A DNA stretch of 64,000 nucleotides. It comes from the human T2T-CHM13v2.0 reference genome, Homo sapiens. This document shows positions 61,401-64,000 of this stretch, in pieces. Each line of letters starts with the position of its first letter. The first letter of the stretch is position 1. The position numbers and the translations under genes were made by a program. The notes under the pieces were generated by a model that saw only the letters and a list, made by a program, of their open reading frames with translations, did no database searches and was not told where the DNA came from. The DNA is taken from assembly GCA_009914755.4 (NCBI GenBank), contig CP086569.2, forward strand, positions 11,744,001 through 11,808,000, in the 5' to 3' direction.

Positions 61401-64000
61401 ATGGAATGGAATGGAACGGAATTGAATGTCATGGAATGGAATGGCATGGCATGGAATGGAATGGAATGGAATGGAATGAAATGGATTGGAATGGGATGGG
61501 CCCAAAAGTAATAGACTCAAATAAAAGGGACTCAAAGAGAATGAAGTGGAAAGAAACGGTCTCGAATGTAATTTATTCGAATAGAATGATATTGAATGGA
61601 ATGCAATAGTATGGAATGGTATCGAATAGAATGGAATAGAATGGAATGGAATGGAACGGAATGGAGTGCAATTGAACGGACTCAAATGCAATAAATTGCA
61701 ATATAATTGATTCAAATGGAATGGAATCGAATAGAATGTAAACAAATGGAATGGAAGGCAATGCAATGGAAAGGAATCGAATGAAATGGAATAAATGGAA
61801 TGGAATGGAATGGAAAGGACGCGAATATATTGGACTGTTAAGGAAAGGTGTCAAATCGAATTTATTCCAATAGAATGGAATCGAATGGAATGCAATACTA
61901 TTGAATCGAATCGAATGGAATGGAATTGAATGGAATGGACAGGAATGGAATGAACTGGAAGTGAATGGACAGGAACGTAATATATTGCAATGTAATTTAT
62001 TCAAATGGAATGGAATGCAATCGAATGGAATGGACTCGATTGGAATGGACTGGAGTGGAATGGATTCAAATGGAATGGCAAGGAATGGAATGGAATGGAA
62101 TGGAAAGCAAAGGAATCTACTGGAATAGAATCGAACGGAACAGAAAGGAATGGAATGGAATGGAGTGGAATGGACTCGAATGGAATGTATTCGAATGTAA
62201 TGGACCTAAAAAGGAATGGAATCCAATGGAATGGAATTGAATGGAATCAAAAGGAATAGAAAGGCATCGAGTGTAATTGAATGATATCGAAAGGAAGGGA
62301 ATGGAATGAACTCGAATGGAATGCACTGGAATGGAATGGACTCGATCAGAACGGACTGGAGAGGAATGTACACAAATGGAATGGAAACGAATGGAATGGA
62401 ATGAAATGGAATGGAATGAAATGGAATTGAAAGGAAGGGAATCAAATGGAATGGAATGGAATGGATTGGAATAGAATGGATTCAAATAAAATAGAATCGA
62501 TGGGAATGGTATTGAATGAAAGGGACTTGAATGGAATGGAAAGCAATGGAAGATATTGGAATCGAATGGCATCGAATGAAATGGAATGGAACGGAATGGA
62601 ACGGAACCGAATGGAATGGAATGGACTCAAATGTAATGGACACCAATGGAATCGACTGAAATATAATAGTGTCGAAAGGAATGGCCTCGAGCGGAATTTA
62701 TTTGAATAGAATGGAATCAAATGGAATACAATACCATTGAATGGAATCGAATGGAATGGAATCGAATGGAATGGAATCAAATGGAATGGAACGGAATTCA
62801 ATATAATGGAGTAGAATGGAATGCATTGGAAAGGAGCAGAGTGGAATCAAGTGGAATGGAATCGAGTGGAATGGAATCGAGTGGAATGGAATCAATGGGA
62901 ACAAAATCGAATTGAATGGACTTGAATGGAATTGACTCGAAAGGAATTGACTCGAAAGAAATGGACTGGAACAAAAAGGAATCAAATGGACAGGAATGGG
63001 ATGGAATGGACACGAATGGAATGGAGTCAAATGCAAACGCATCGAATGGAATGGATTGAAATGGAATGCAATGGAATGGAACAGAAAGGAAGAGAATGGA
63101 ATTGAGAGTAATGGAAAGATATCGATTGGAATGAAATGGAATGGAAATGAATTGAATGGAAAGGAATGGAGTGGAAAGAAATGGATTGGAATGGAATGGT
63201 CTCCAATGGAATGGACTGGAGTGGAATGGAATCGAATGGAATGAAAAGAATGGAACGGAATGGAATGGAAAGGAATAGAATGTTATGGAATCCGATTGGA
63301 CAGAATGGAATGGAATGGAGTTTCATGAAATGGAGTCGAATAGAGTGTCATCAAAAGGAATGGAATGGAATGGAGTGGACTCAAAAGGAATGGACTCGAA
63401 AGGAATGGAGTCCAACCAAATTGAATCAAATGGATTGGAGTCGAACAGAATGGAATGGAATGAAATGTACTCGACTGGAGTAGAGAGGAATGTAAAGGAA
63501 TAGAATGGAATGTAATCAAATGGATTGCAAGTGAATGGAATCAAAAATAATAGAAAGGAATGGAGTGTAAAGGGATGATATTGAATATAATGGAATGGAA
63601 TGGAATTTAATGGAATGGAGACGAAGGAATGGACAGGAATGTAATGGACTCCAATGGAATGGAATGGATCAAAATGGATTTGAACAGATTGGAATCGAAC
63701 GGAATGGAATGCAACGGCATGGAATGGACTCGAATGGAGAAGAGACAAATGGAATGGAAACGAATTCAATGGAATTGAAAAGAATAGGATGGAATGGCGT
63801 GTAATGGTAAGATACTAAATGGAATGGAATTGAATGGAATGGAATGGACCCAAATGTAATGCACTCGAAAGGAATATACTCAAATAGAACGGAATCGAAA
63901 GGAAAGGTCTCAAATGGAATTTATTCAATACAATGGAATCGAATGGAATGCAACAGAATGGAATGGAATCGAATGTAATGGAATCAAATAGAATGGACCA
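58442..64000 (+). repeat. HOR copy 10 (full form, truncated by the window end after about 5.56 kb).
   Basis: The phase marker sits at 58442. Internal markers at 59740, 60001, 61101 and 61901 are in the same order and spacing as in copies 8 and 9. Confidence 0.8.

Larger units (their letters stand above)
1..64000 (+). repeat. Satellite III-type (GGAAT)n pentameric satellite array with diverged 10-mer variants; the GGAAT-rich strand is +. The array continues beyond both window ends.
   Basis: Almost every position falls in ggaat/aatgg units with regular variants (tcgaatgg, ttgaatgg, tcaaatgg, ggactcgaatgg). There is extreme strand asymmetry, with the + strand almost devoid of C outside the CpG-containing variants. 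Six-frame ORFs reduce to the cyclic peptides GMEWN and IPFHS. There is no unique sequence anywhere. Confidence 0.93.

Noticed and set aside
1-64000. Hundreds of ORFs of 60-494 aa in the six-frame track, including apparently conserved families such as the 359-aa MTFQSILFLSPPFH..., MELNVMNSNGMDTNRMEEKG... and MKLHSIPFCPIGFH....
   Set aside because: All are translations of a 5-bp tandem repeat. Any frame on + reads the cyclic GMEWN/NGMEW/EWNGM and any frame on - reads IPFHS/FHSIP/SIPFH. Pure GGAAT or ATTCC contains no stop codon, so ORF length only reflects the spacing of variant units (tag, taa, tga). Overlapping ORFs run on both strands and in all frames at once. Their conservation is the HOR periodicity of the DNA. 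There are no start contexts, no codon bias, and low-complexity composition (W, N, G, M, E, or I, P, F, H, S).
12461-64000. A CRISPR array or other repeat-spacer structure suggested by highly regular repeats.
   Set aside because: The repeats are directly tandem, with a 5-bp unit and a 5.6-kb HOR, and no unique spacers separate them. There are no cas-like ORFs. Composition and structure are those of eukaryotic satellite DNA.
1-64000. A novel multi-gene defence or biosynthetic system, the exciting system prompted by the task.
   Set aside because: No segment of the window has protein-coding character. Nothing supports operons, promoters, terminators or domain-bearing ORFs. Claiming a system would be invention.
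1-64000. Classification as human satellite II (HSat2) rather than satellite III.
   Set aside because: HSat2 consensus units are more degenerate and carry characteristic GATGAT / ATCATC-containing (ATTCCATTCG)-derived 23- and 26-mers. Here long pure (GGAAT)n runs dominate and the gatgat motif is rare (for example gggatgatattg once per HOR). HSat3-type is the better fit, though subfamily assignment needs database comparison.
1-64000. Telomeric, centromeric alpha-satellite or rDNA identity; tRNA or rRNA genes.
   Set aside because: There are no TTAGGG runs, no 171-bp alpha-satellite periodicity or CENP-B box, and no GC-rich rDNA-like sequence. No cloverleaf-capable unique segments exist.

Overview
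The whole 64-kb window is a single tandem satellite array built from the pentamer GGAAT on the + strand (ATTCC on the - strand), interspersed with the variant 10-mers aatcgaatgg, aattgaatgg, aatcaaatgg and ggactcgaatgg. It most closely resembles human or hominoid satellite III (HSat3) from pericentromeric heterochromatin. I find no protein-coding gene, RNA gene, transposon insertion, CRISPR array or prokaryote-style defence system.

Every ORF in the supplied track is a frame artefact. A 5-bp unit read in three frames gives the cyclic pentapeptides GMEWN on + and IPFHS on -, and stop codons come only from variant units such as aatagaatgg and aatgaaatgg.

The real structure is satellite architecture:
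- A diverged flank at about 1-8.6 kb contains small local tandem duplications of about 312 bp and about 528 bp.
- A diverged partial higher-order-repeat (HOR) copy sits at about 8.65-12.46 kb.
- From 12.46 kb onward there is an array of 5.6-kb HOR copies, with start phases at 12461, 18027, 21388, 24749, 30358, 36009, 41621, 47233, 52835 and 58442.
- Two of these copies (18027-24748) are identical 3361-bp deletion derivatives. They lack about 2.2 kb between direct repeats of ATCGAATGGAATGGAATT, and the deleted copy was then tandemly duplicated.
- Copies become progressively more similar towards the 3' end; the last three to four are near-identical and differ mainly by gains or losses of GGAAT units.

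The array runs off both window edges. Chromosomal origin cannot be determined from the sequence alone.
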